A stretch of 59,312 nucleotides of DNA, counting the filler. It is 4 parts of 4 records of this genome, joined end to end, with 100 filler letters (N's around TTAATTAATTAA, not from the genome) between each part and the next. Parts side by side here need not be neighbours in the genome. Positions count along the whole stretch, not along the records: positions 16,394 to 47,152 come from SRR31156797_2815; positions 47,253 to 52,769 come from SRR31156797_2822; 2 more parts are not named here. The stretch is one strand, 5' to 3'. Position numbers and translations under genes: made by a program. Below the pieces are notes generated by a model. It saw only the letters and a list, made by a program, of their open reading frames with translations, was not told where the DNA came from and searched no databases. Below, piece after piece: positions 39,562 through 48,539 of the stretch. Every line of letters starts with the position of its first letter. The first letter of the stretch is position 1.

Positions 39562-40179
39562 TTAAAGTCCTTCAGATTTTAATAATTCCAATAAGGTTAG
39601 AAAAGTATTTGCTTTAAACTTGTTTAGTTTTGAAATTGGCAGCCATTCAACAGCTGTTATATCTTCTTCTGTTTGAGGTGAAAGTGTTTGTTTTGGAGCC
39701 TCCATTTTGAACCAATATGTTTGCTTCAGGACATATTTATTTTTATGATAATAGATGTGAAAAGTAGAGGGTAATTGTTTTAAAATTTTTAAGCTTGATA
39801 TACCACATTCTTCTTCTACCTCACGAATAGCAGTGGTTGAAATATCTTCATTTTTCTCCTTTTTACCCTTAGGCAAATCATATTTTCCCCTTCTGAATAT
39901 CACTAATAAATCGTTGTATTCATTGTAAACCATTCCTCCTGCGGCTTCAATATATTTGAATTGTTTTTTAATTAATTCAAATGTCTTATAGGGATGTTTA
40001 GAGGATATAATAAAGTGACCTTCAGGATTTGTTAAAAAATTATCGGGCATTATTTTTTCCAATGCATTATATGTAGCCTTAAATTCATAAAAACCACTAT
40101 TTTTGTATCCGTTAATTTCAGTTTCAGAAACTATATGCAGAGATGCATTTTCATAAAATATTTTATACACGTTGTCCAT
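39562..40179 (-). CDS. NUDIX hydrolase
   Basis: AAGG and Nudix box LPKGKKEKNEDISTTAIREVEEECG; GTG 40170 is an alternative start. Confidence 0.9.
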   Translation of the reverse strand: MDNVYKIFYENASLHIVSETEINGYKNSGFYEFKATYNALEKIMPDNFLTNPEGHFIISSKHPYKTFELIKKQFKYIEAAGGMVYNEYNDLLVIFRRGKYDLPKGKKEKNEDISTTAIREVEEECGISSLKILKQLPSTFHIYYHKNKYVLKQTYWFKMEAPKQTLSPQTEEDITAVEWLPISKLNKFKANTFLTLLELLKSEGL

Positions 40180-40819
40180 GAGTGATCAATTTAAAGAAAA
40201 AATAGCTCAATCGCTGTTGCAAATTAACGCAATTCAGCTCGAACCTTCAAATCCATTTGTATGGGCTTCCGGAATGAAGTCACCAATATATTGTGATAAT
40301 CGTAAAATTTTGTCTTTTCCAAAAGTGCGTAAAATAGTACGCGACGCCTTTGTAGCCAAAATTAAAGAAACATATCCGGACGTAGATTATGTTGCAGGTG
40401 TGGCTACAGGAGCAATTGCCCATGGTGCATTAGTGGCAGAAGCTCTAGATTTACCTTTTTTATATGTGCGTTCATCGGCCAAAGGTCACGGCATGCAAAA
40501 TTTGATAGAAGGTTATGCTGTTCCTGGTAAGAAGGTTATTGTAATTGAAGATCTTGTTTCAACTGGAGGAAGTAGTGTAAAAGCTGTGGAAGCTTTGCGT
40601 GATTATGGGTTGAAAGTAGAAGGACTAATTGCCATTTTTACTTATGGATTTGAAAAAGCTTTTAAAACTTTTGAAAATGCGAAATGCGAATGGTCTGTGT
40701 TAACAGATTATAAAACAATGATTGAAATTGCAATTGAAGAGGAGTTGTTGGATCGTTCCAATATGACAGATTTAGAAGAGTGGCAGGAGGATCCTGAAAA
40801 TTGGTCAAATAAATACTAG
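40178..40819 (+). CDS. pyrE: Orotate phosphoribosyltransferase
   Basis: WASGMKSPIYCDNR, GVATGA, VIEDLVSTGGSS. Confidence 0.96.
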   Translation: MSDQFKEKIAQSLLQINAIQLEPSNPFVWASGMKSPIYCDNRKILSFPKVRKIVRDAFVAKIKETYPDVDYVAGVATGAIAHGALVAEALDLPFLYVRSSAKGHGMQNLIEGYAVPGKKVIVIEDLVSTGGSSVKAVEALRDYGLKVEGLIAIFTYGFEKAFKTFENAKCEWSVLTDYKTMIEIAIEEELLDRSNMTDLEEWQEDPENWSNKY

Positions 40820-40822
40820 ATT

Positions 40823-41230
40823 ATGGTTAAACACGAAAGCAGAATAGGACAATTAAATGCTCCCGTAGCAACTGTATATGCTACTATATCAGATTTCTCA
40901 CAATTAAATGGAATAACACCACCAGATGATAAAATGAAAGTGGTGTACGCAGATACTGATAGTTGTCGGTTTGCAATGGGAGGTGCCGGAGAGTTTGGAA
41001 TGAAAATCGTTGAGCGAAAAGAAAATGATACCGTTAAAATTGCTAATGACGAGACAGTTCCGTTCACATTTTATTTATGGATTCAATTGAAGGAAGTAGC
41101 AGAAAATGATACCCGCGTGAGAGTCACGCTGCATGCTGAATTAAATGCCATGCTAAAAATGGTAGCTAAAAAGCCTTTGACTCAATTTGTAGATAAGTTA
41201 GTCGATAAGTTAGAAGAAAGATTCAAATAG
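40823..41230 (+). CDS. SRPBCC/CoxG-like protein
   Basis: VYATISDFSQL, FYLWIQL, ELNAMLKMVAKKPL; directly after pyrE. Confidence 0.7.
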   Translation: MVKHESRIGQLNAPVATVYATISDFSQLNGITPPDDKMKVVYADTDSCRFAMGGAGEFGMKIVERKENDTVKIANDETVPFTFYLWIQLKEVAENDTRVRVTLHAELNAMLKMVAKKPLTQFVDKLVDKLEERFK

Positions 41231-41243
41231 ATATGATATAAAT

Positions 41244-41276
41244 AGAGTGCAAAAAATCTTTGCACTCTTGTTTTTT
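41244..41276 (+). terminator. Intrinsic terminator
   Basis: AGAGTGCAAA-N5-TTTGCACTCT followed by a T-rich tract. Confidence 0.8.
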
Positions 41277-41283
41277 ATATTAA

Positions 41284-41303
41284 ATGTTGTATATTTACAA
41301 CAT
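41284..41303. promoter_or_regulatory. Palindromic operator upstream of the XRE regulator
   Basis: ATGTTGTA-TATT-TACAACAT, a perfect 8-bp inverted repeat 16 nt before the ATG. Confidence 0.6.
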
Positions 41304-41319
41304 AATAATAAATATTTAC

Positions 41320-41571
41320 ATGAAATCACGTAAAATTTATAATAGAATTGATGTCTTGAGAAAAGAAAAAGGCTTTACTCGAAAGGAGCTGGCTGAAAAA
41401 CTAGGAGTGAACTTCCAAACAGTTGGTTACCTGGAGCGAGAAGAGTATAATCCAAGTTTAGATCTAGCATTTAGAATTGCAGAGGTTTTTGGATTATCTG
41501 TAGATCAGGTGTTCTCAACTAAACCAATGCCTACTTTAAGCGAATTATTAAATAAAAATAAAGAGGACTAA
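41320..41571 (+). CDS. XRE-family HTH transcriptional regulator
   Basis: NRIDVLR...ELAEKLGVNFQTVGYLEREEYNPSLDLAFRIA. Confidence 0.92.
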   Translation: MKSRKIYNRIDVLRKEKGFTRKELAEKLGVNFQTVGYLEREEYNPSLDLAFRIAEVFGLSVDQVFSTKPMPTLSELLNKNKED

Positions 41572-41573
41572 AT

Positions 41574-41996
41574 ATGAATGAAAATATGACATGTAATCAA
41601 AGGCGGCTATTTGTTTTAGCTGCAAATCTTTCTCTTCTTGCTTTGTTGATGGTTTTTGAAGTATCTTATCGCGTGGCTGGTTGGAATGTAACTATGAATA
41701 TGCTTATTGCTGCAAACGGCCTTATTTTCCTTTTCAGTTTTTTAATGGGCTACGTAAGGAGCGGAGCCTGGCGCTTTTCGCATAAATCAATACAGTTGCT
41801 TGATGAAAGAGAAATGGTTGTGAGCAGTGCAATAATGAGAATTGCTTACGCAGTATTCACAGTACTGGTTTTAGCTATTATGCTGACTTTTACTTTGATG
41901 GAATGGCAATTAGATATGGTGTTGGTTGCCACATTGATTTTGTTTGCGCACCTTTTACCGGCTTCTTTGGTAGCTTGGAAGAAAACGTTGGTTTAA
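41574..41996 (+). CDS. Four-TM membrane protein with LDERE motif (DUF2178-like)
   Basis: Four hydrophobic segments; LLDEREM...AMRIAY-type motif; 2 bp downstream of the XRE gene. Confidence 0.65.
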   Translation: MNENMTCNQRRLFVLAANLSLLALLMVFEVSYRVAGWNVTMNMLIAANGLIFLFSFLMGYVRSGAWRFSHKSIQLLDEREMVVSSAIMRIAYAVFTVLVLAIMLTFTLMEWQLDMVLVATLILFAHLLPASLVAWKKTLV

Positions 41997-42006
41997 ATAA
42001 ATTGAG

Positions 42007-42087
42007 AGTCGGGGCCCGACTTTTCTTATTACTGAAGAAAAGAATGATACGGTTACTCTGATTCATAAGATAGTCGGACCCCGACTA
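42007..42087. repeat. Pair of short GC-rich palindromes in inverted orientation (REP/REPIN-like)
   Basis: AGTCGGGGCCCGACT (42007-42021) and AGTCGGACCCCGACT (42072-42086); the second is one mismatch from the reverse complement of the first. Confidence 0.6.
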
Positions 42088-42101
42088 AAAAACATTAAAA
42101 A

Positions 42102-42890
42102 ATGAAAATTAAACTATACCAGGTCGATGCATTTACAGATGAGCTTTTCGGAGGAAATCCTGCGGCTGTTTGTGTACTCGAAGAAATTATTTCAGAGGAA
42201 TTGATGCAGAAAATTGCCATGGAGAATAATCTTTCCGAAACAGCATTTGTGACACCAAACGGAAATGAATTCAACATACGCTATTTTGCGCCTAAAATGG
42301 AAATTGATCTGTGTGGGCATGCAAGTTTAGCCTCTGCGTTTGTGTTGGATAAGTTTTATTTAAAGAAAGCAAGTGAGATTGTATTCCATACCTACAGGGT
42401 AGGAGATATTTCTGTATCAGTTAAAGATGAACTATATACTCTGAATTTGCCAAAGGATGAAATCAAAGATGCTTCTGAAATGTCAGAACAAATTTCAGAA
42501 ATATTTGGTGCTATGCCTGTTGAATTATATAAAGGCACTACAGACTTGATGGCTATTTTTGATAATGAAGATCAGATTCAAAGGCTGAATCCTGACTTTA
42601 ATGCACTATTGGAATTAGATATTCGTGGTTTGATTGCAACATCATCCGGAAATAATTCTGATATTGTTTGTCGATTCTTTTGCCCCTCAATTGGTGTAAA
42701 TGAAGACCCGGTTACTGGTTCTGCACACACTACACTTGTTCCTTATTGGTCTGAAAAGCTTGGTGAAAGTGAAATTGTTTCTCATCAATTATCTGAAAGG
42801 GGTGGGGAATTATTTTGCCGAAATTTAGGTGATAGAGTAGAAGTGGCAGGAAAAGCTGCCCTTTATATGAAAGGGCAGCTAAATGTTTGA
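42102..42890 (+). CDS. PhzF-family epimerase/isomerase
   Basis: VDAFT, GNPAAV, NLSETAF, LCGHA, EDPVTGSAH. Confidence 0.93.
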   Translation: MKIKLYQVDAFTDELFGGNPAAVCVLEEIISEELMQKIAMENNLSETAFVTPNGNEFNIRYFAPKMEIDLCGHASLASAFVLDKFYLKKASEIVFHTYRVGDISVSVKDELYTLNLPKDEIKDASEMSEQISEIFGAMPVELYKGTTDLMAIFDNEDQIQRLNPDFNALLELDIRGLIATSSGNNSDIVCRFFCPSIGVNEDPVTGSAHTTLVPYWSEKLGESEIVSHQLSERGGELFCRNLGDRVEVAGKAALYMKGQLNV

Positions 42891-42946
42891 ATAAATTTAC
42901 TTTACTATATGATCTATGTTTATTATTGAGTAAGTAATAAACAAAA

Positions 42947-44113
42947 TTAGAATCTGCCAACACCAAGGCTGAAAACAAATGCTCCACCACTTAGTCCTAA
43001 ACCATCTTTTTGGGGCATTGGCTGGTAGCCCGCAAATAATTTCAAACTATTCGGAATGTAATATTTTAAACGAAACGCGTGTATTTTATCTGATACTCTT
43101 TGCATTTTAGGCGAAAATTTAAAATGAACATTTGCCCCAAAATTGACGGTAGTTTGCGAATGTGTTTTACTATCGGTTTTATTAAGATAATACGAAAAAT
43201 GTGAAATGTTTGCTACTGGCGCTATTATTAGTCTTTTTGAGAGTATAAAGGGGTATCCCAGTCCCAAATCATATTGAGAAACTTCAATTTCTTCTCCTTT
43301 AACCCATAATTCGTTATTAGGAATTTCGTTTTTTAGTTCAGAATTATACCATGAAATGCCACCATTGAAGTACAAGTGTTTTTTTATAACACTTATACTA
43401 AATCCAATTATATGAATATTATTGAAAAAATACTTAGAATAATTACCTGTGTAGATATTACTGTTTAATGCATCGAATGAGTATGCTAAAAGTACATCTG
43501 ATTTTGGTTCAGCAATGATTTTTCTTTGTATAAATGCCTTTTGTCTTGGTTTTTTTGCAAATGGGATTAGGGCTTCAGATTGGTTGTTAACTTCTTTTTG
43601 ATCAAAATAGGTTGTAAAAAAATTATTGTATAGTTTATTTATTGTTGATTTATAGTATAATGTAAGCAACTCTTTTTCATAATCACTCAGATTCGACTTG
43701 TTGATATTATCTAATATTCTTTGAGAGATTGACTTAATAGTAGCTTCATCATTTTTTACGATAGGATCGTAATGCTGAAGGTTATCAGTTAATCTTCTTT
43801 TTAAATGTTGATTTTTATTGATGTCTTCAATTATACTTATAAAGCTGCCTGAAACAAATTGTGCGATTAATCGCTCGTCAAAATTCAGAATATATGTTTT
43901 GTTTGATTTGTATCGGAATGTGTGAAACTTATCAATATAATTTTTTAAATTGGAGTTACCTGATATGATGTATTGTCTTACAATTTCTCTATCTGCTTTA
44001 ATCGATTCATAGAGTTCGCTTTCTTTTTTTATCACATTAGGTACTGGCTTCTTTTGCGAAAAGGAATATGATGAAATAAGTATAATTATAAATAAGAAAA
44101 GAAATTGCTTCAT
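42947..44113 (-). CDS. Hypothetical secreted protein with probable C-terminal outer-membrane beta-barrel
   Basis: Signal peptide MKQFLFL...SFS|Q; beta-strand-rich C-terminal half ending in Phe. Confidence 0.6.
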   Translation of the reverse strand: MKQFLFLFIIILISSYSFSQKKPVPNVIKKESELYESIKADREIVRQYIISGNSNLKNYIDKFHTFRYKSNKTYILNFDERLIAQFVSGSFISIIEDINKNQHLKRRLTDNLQHYDPIVKNDEATIKSISQRILDNINKSNLSDYEKELLTLYYKSTINKLYNNFFTTYFDQKEVNNQSEALIPFAKKPRQKAFIQRKIIAEPKSDVLLAYSFDALNSNIYTGNYSKYFFNNIHIIGFSISVIKKHLYFNGGISWYNSELKNEIPNNELWVKGEEIEVSQYDLGLGYPFILSKRLIIAPVANISHFSYYLNKTDSKTHSQTTVNFGANVHFKFSPKMQRVSDKIHAFRLKYYIPNSLKLFAGYQPMPQKDGLGLSGGAFVFSLGVGRF

Positions 44114-44197
44114 TTGGATAAATATTTTGAAATTCAAAGTAATATAAAATCTTAAAAAACTCAAAATTTCAGGCTCAAATGAACTTTTATAAAACTT

Positions 44198-45283
44198 CTA
44201 AGGTAATTTGTAGGTTACCGCATTAATATTCATACCCGCTCCAACCGATGCAAATACAATAGTATCTCCAGATGATAAATCATGAGATTTCATTTCATCT
44301 TTAAGGATTAAATCTAATAAAGTTGGTATTGTAGCTACTGAAGAATTCCCCATCCATGAAATACTCATAGGCATGGCATATTCGGGTACTTCTCGTTTGC
44401 CAAATAATCTGTATAACCTTTTGATAATGGCCTCGTCCATTTTACCGTTAGCTTGATGAATGAGCAGCTTTTTCATCTCCTCAATTGGGGTATTGCTTTT
44501 TTCTAAACAGTTGTAAATAGCCTGAGGGACTCTTTCAAGTGCATATTGGTATAATCTTCGGCCATTCATTTTTAGGAAAATATCATCAGGGTTTTTGTAA
44601 TTTTTTTTATATGATTTTTCCATGTAAAGCATTTTAGCATATTCCAGCGTATCTGAACGTGTTTGATGAGCAAGAATGCCAATTGGTTCAGTTGACTCTT
44701 TCCCTTCCAATATGGTGGCTCCGGCTCCATCAGCATAAATCATACTGTCTCTGTCGTGTGGGTCTGAAATTCTCGAAAGCACATCTGCACCAATAACTAA
44801 TACACGTTTTGCAATGCCGGTTTTAATAAAGCAATCAGCTTGAATTACAGATTGTAACCATCCTGGGCAACCAAAAGCCATATCATAAGCAACACAAAAT
44901 GGATTTTCAATACCGAGTTTGAATTTTACACGGGCGGCAAGTGATGGAACCATATCTGTACGGTTACTGCCTGCTTTTACGTCGCCAAAATTGTGAGCTA
45001 CAATAATGTGGTCTAGTGATTCTTTATCAATTCCTGCGTCTTTAATGGCTTTGGCTGCTGCTTCATAGGCGATTTCAGAAGTTATTTGATTATCTTCTAC
45101 ATAGCGCCGCTCTTTAATGGTTGTGATTTCTTCAAATTTTTGAATGATGTATGCATTATCTTTTTCTAACGGTTCTCCATCAGCTTCAAAAAATGTATGA
45201 TTTAAAAAATCTTCATTTTTAACTTTTTTCGTCGGAATATAGCTTCCGGTACCAATAATTGTACTGTATAGGTTTTGAGACAT
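44198..45283 (-). CDS. fabH: 3-oxoacyl-ACP synthase III family protein (copy 1)
   Basis: GTGSYIP; catalytic Cys-His-Asn in FGCPG, IHQAN and GNSS; GAG. Confidence 0.92.
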   Translation of the reverse strand: MSQNLYSTIIGTGSYIPTKKVKNEDFLNHTFFEADGEPLEKDNAYIIQKFEEITTIKERRYVEDNQITSEIAYEAAAKAIKDAGIDKESLDHIIVAHNFGDVKAGSNRTDMVPSLAARVKFKLGIENPFCVAYDMAFGCPGWLQSVIQADCFIKTGIAKRVLVIGADVLSRISDPHDRDSMIYADGAGATILEGKESTEPIGILAHQTRSDTLEYAKMLYMEKSYKKNYKNPDDIFLKMNGRRLYQYALERVPQAIYNCLEKSNTPIEEMKKLLIHQANGKMDEAIIKRLYRLFGKREVPEYAMPMSISWMGNSSVATIPTLLDLILKDEMKSHDLSSGDTIVFASVGAGMNINAVTYKLP

Positions 45284-45546
45284 AAGTATCCAGCGTTCGT
45301 TTGTTAAGGTTATAGCTTAATAATATTCTTAATGCGAATGTATTCTATAACAACACGAACGCAGGTTTACTTAAAAAAAGCTTTTTGAAGGTTTTATTAG
45401 TAGAGTGAAAAGATCGGGATTATTTAGCTGATTGCCAAATAGTTTGGATGAAATAATTTAGGTGGATTTATAGTTTGTTGATTATTAGTGTTTTGTGTAA
45501 AATAGAAATTGCACGTCATGTGAAATTGCTAAAATAGAATTGAACC

Positions 45547-45587
45547 CAGCGTTGACTCTTTTCCTAACTGAAACTCAATCAACGCTG
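45547..45587 (-). terminator. Stem-loop 3' of fabH copy 2
   Basis: CAGCGTTGA ... TCAACGCTG 9-bp inverted repeat; no clear U-tract. Confidence 0.45.
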
Positions 45588-45612
45588 AGAAAAATTATTA
45601 GATAATAATGAT

Positions 45613-46698
45613 TTAAGGCAGTTTATAAATGATAGCATTAATATTCATTCCTGCTCCTACTGATGTCAATACAATAGTATCTCCTGATTGTATTTCATGA
45701 TCGTCCAACTCTTTTCTAAGTAGTTGATCAAGAAGTGTAGGAACTGTAGCTACTGATGAGTTTCCAAAACACTTGATGTTCATAGGCATCACAAACTCTG
45801 GTACTTCACGAATTCCATATAATTTGTAAAGCCTTGAGATAATGGCATCATCCATTTTACCATTGGCCTGGTGAATGAGTATTTTCTTTACTTTTTCAAT
45901 TGGCGTTTGAGTTTTTTCAAGACAATTGTAAATAGCTTTTGGTACAAATTGCAGGGCATACGTGTAGAGTTTGCGTCCATCCATTTTAATGAAGTGGTCA
46001 CGTGGATTTTTGTAATCCTTCTTGTTGGATTTACCCATGTAAAGTAGCTTGGCATATTCTAAAGTATCTGAACGCGTTTGGTGTCCTAAAATTCCGATAG
46101 CTTCTTCAGATTCAACACCTTCTAAAATAGTTGCTCCAGCTCCATCAGAAAAAATCATGCTGTCTCTGTCGTGCGGATCCAAAATACGTGAAAGCGCATC
46201 AGCGCCAATAACCATTACGCGTTTGGCATCTCCGGATTTGATATAGTAATCTGCCTGTATCATAGATTGCACCCATCCCGGGCAACCAAAAATCATATCG
46301 TACGCCACACAAAGGGGGTTCTCAATTTCTAGCATTTGCTTTACGCGTGATGCTAAAGCAGGCAAAATATCTTTTCGGTTGCTGCCATGCGGTACATCAG
46401 CAAAGTTGTGTGCCACAATAATATGATCAAGCGTTTCTTTATCAATACCGGCATTATCAATAGCTTTTACAGCTGCTTTGTACGCAATATCAGATGTTTG
46501 CTGGTCGTCTTCAATATATTTTCGCTCCTGTATGGTTGTAATTTCCTCGAATTTCTGAACTATATAGTCATTGGGTTTATCTACTTTTTCACCCGTTTTT
46601 TCATAGAACTCATGATTAAGAAAATCATTATTCTTTACAACTGTGGTTGGAATATAACTCCCTGTGCCTATAATCTTGCTGTAGATTTTTGTTGTCAT
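45613..46698 (-). CDS. fabH: 3-oxoacyl-ACP synthase III family protein (copy 2)
   Basis: Same motifs and same length (361 aa) as copy 1. Confidence 0.92.
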   Translation of the reverse strand: MTTKIYSKIIGTGSYIPTTVVKNNDFLNHEFYEKTGEKVDKPNDYIVQKFEEITTIQERKYIEDDQQTSDIAYKAAVKAIDNAGIDKETLDHIIVAHNFADVPHGSNRKDILPALASRVKQMLEIENPLCVAYDMIFGCPGWVQSMIQADYYIKSGDAKRVMVIGADALSRILDPHDRDSMIFSDGAGATILEGVESEEAIGILGHQTRSDTLEYAKLLYMGKSNKKDYKNPRDHFIKMDGRKLYTYALQFVPKAIYNCLEKTQTPIEKVKKILIHQANGKMDDAIISRLYKLYGIREVPEFVMPMNIKCFGNSSVATVPTLLDQLLRKELDDHEIQSGDTIVLTSVGAGMNINAIIYKLP

Positions 46699-46736
46699 AA
46701 GTAATTACGTTTAAGATTTTTTTAAAAAACGAACAC

Positions 46737-46773
46737 AAAAAAATGCGCAGGCATTTCTTGTAATGCTAGCGCA
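46737..46773 (-). terminator. Terminator-like hairpin plus U7 in the leader of fabH copy 2
   Basis: Minus strand TGCGCTAGCATT-ACAAGA-AATGCCTGCGCA-TTTTTTT, ending 38 nt before the ATG. Confidence 0.5.
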
Positions 46774-47152
46774 GAATTTCTTTAATATAAGTTTGCTCTT
46801 AACAGACCTTTATCGAGAGCTAAGTTATGAAATAAAAAAATGAAAAGTCAAATTTTACATGAAAGCAAATAAGTAATTTATTTTATAAAGTAACTTGGAT
46901 GAGAGTGCTAAGGCACTGTTATGCTGGTGGTTGGGTTTGTGTTGTCTAGTTTTGTTAACCAATTTATTGATGAAGGATTTTTATCCGATAAATGATTATT
47001 AATCCGAAAATTAATATAGTTCATAAAGGAATTTTGTTTATTATATCTAGTTATATTGATGTGTATAACTAAATTAACTTTTATTTCATAAAAAGTTTAG
47101 CTCCTTCGTGGCTGAACTTATAGACTAACGTCGATTCGGTTCAGGTTTCAAG

Positions 47153-47252
47153 NNNNNNNNNNNNNNNNNNNNNNNNNNNNNNNNNNNNNNNNNNNNTTAA
47201 TTAATTAANNNNNNNNNNNNNNNNNNNNNNNNNNNNNNNNNNNNNNNNNNNN
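47153..47252. other. Artificial contig spacer
   Basis: N44-TTAATTAATTAA-N44; base composition changes across it. Confidence 0.98.
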
Positions 47253-48536
47253 TTCATGGTCAACGCCCTTGGCGGCACCATTGAACGGTCGGAAAAACGG
47301 GAGTACGGTTTTGCCGACCTTGGCATCAAGGTAGAGAAACCCCTGTTTGCCGGAATGGAAAAGAATTTCCCGTGCTGGATGAGCCATGGCGACTCCACCA
47401 AGGCCCTGCCCGAAGGATTCACCATCACCGCCTCGACTCCGAACACCGAGATAGCGGCCGTTGCAGACGAAAAAAACCGCTACTACGGTCTTCAGTTTCA
47501 CCCGGAGGTAGAGCATACCTGCAACGGCACCGAGATGATCAGCAACTTTCTGTTTGATGTCTGCGGCTGTGAAAAAAGCTGGACCATGGAGTCTTTTGCC
47601 ACCGGCGCCATCCAGCAGATCAAGGAAGCTGTCGGGGACAAAAAGGTCATCATGGGTCTTTCCGGCGGCGTGGACTCCTCGGTTGCGGCCCTGCTCATCC
47701 ACAAGGCCATCGGGAAGAACCTCCACTGCATCTTCGTGGACAACGGACTCTTGAGGCAGAACGAGAAAGAGAACCTTGAAAAAAGCCTGACAACCCACCT
47801 TGACATGAACATCAAGTTCGTGGACGCAAGGGACCGGTTCCTGGATCGTTTGAAGGATGTGGAAGATCCGGAGAAAAAGAGAAAGATCATCGGCAACCTC
47901 TTCATCGACGTATTTGAAGACGAGGCCCACAAGATCGAGGGCGCCGAGTTCCTCGGACAGGGCACCCTCTATCCCGACATCATCGAATCCAAATCCGCCT
48001 TTGGCGGCCCCACTTCCATCATCAAATCCCACCACAACGTGGGCGGTCTTCCGGAAAAGATGAAGCTCAAGCTGGTGGAACCCTTGCAGTTCCTGTTCAA
48101 GGACGAGGTAAGGCAGCTGGGCCTCGAACTGGGTCTCCAGGAGGATCTCGTATGGCGCCAGCCCTTCCCCGGCCCGGGACTTGCCATCCGCATCATGGGA
48201 GCTGTCTCCGACAAGCGCCTCAGCATTCTCAAGGAGGCCGACACCGTGCTTCTTGAAGAAATCCGGGCAGCCGGACTCTACCGGGAGCTGTGGCAGTCCT
48301 TTGCCGTACTTCTGCCCATCAAGAGCGTCGGCGTCATGGGGGACAAGCGAACCTATGACAGCTGCATCGCCATCAGGGCCGTGACGAGCAAGGACGCCAT
48401 GACCGCGGACTGGGCAAGACTCCCCCACGACCTTCTTGGAAAGATCTCCAACCGGATCATCAACGAAGTGGACGGGGTCAACAGGGTCGTCTATGACATC
48501 ACCTCCAAACCACCCGGAACCATCGAGTGGGAATAG
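47253..48536 (+). CDS. guaA: GMP synthase (glutamine-hydrolysing), 5'-truncated
   Basis: WMSHGD, QFHPEV, LSGGVDS, IKSHHNV, PFPGPG, SKPPGTIEWE. Confidence 0.97.
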   Translation, partial: FMVNALGGTIERSEKREYGFADLGIKVEKPLFAGMEKNFPCWMSHGDSTKALPEGFTITASTPNTEIAAVADEKNRYYGLQFHPEVEHTCNGTEMISNFLFDVCGCEKSWTMESFATGAIQQIKEAVGDKKVIMGLSGGVDSSVAALLIHKAIGKNLHCIFVDNGLLRQNEKENLEKSLTTHLDMNIKFVDARDRFLDRLKDVEDPEKKRKIIGNLFIDVFEDEAHKIEGAEFLGQGTLYPDIIESKSAFGGPTSIIKSHHNVGGLPEKMKLKLVEPLQFLFKDEVRQLGLELGLQEDLVWRQPFPGPGLAIRIMGAVSDKRLSILKEADTVLLEEIRAAGLYRELWQSFAVLLPIKSVGVMGDKRTYDSCIAIRAVTSKDAMTADWARLPHDLLGKISNRIINEVDGVNRVVYDITSKPPGTIEWE

Positions 48537-48539
48537 CCA

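Noticed and set aside
46885-46911. GAGTGCTAA as a CIRCE/HrcA operator
   Set aside because: Only the right half-site is present; the left position reads ATAAAGTAA, and no chaperone gene is adjacent.
47100-47150. TPP riboswitch (ACCTGA...CGAAGG on the minus strand)
   Set aside because: The intervening segment is too long for P5, the 5' half is off-contig, and no thiamine gene follows.
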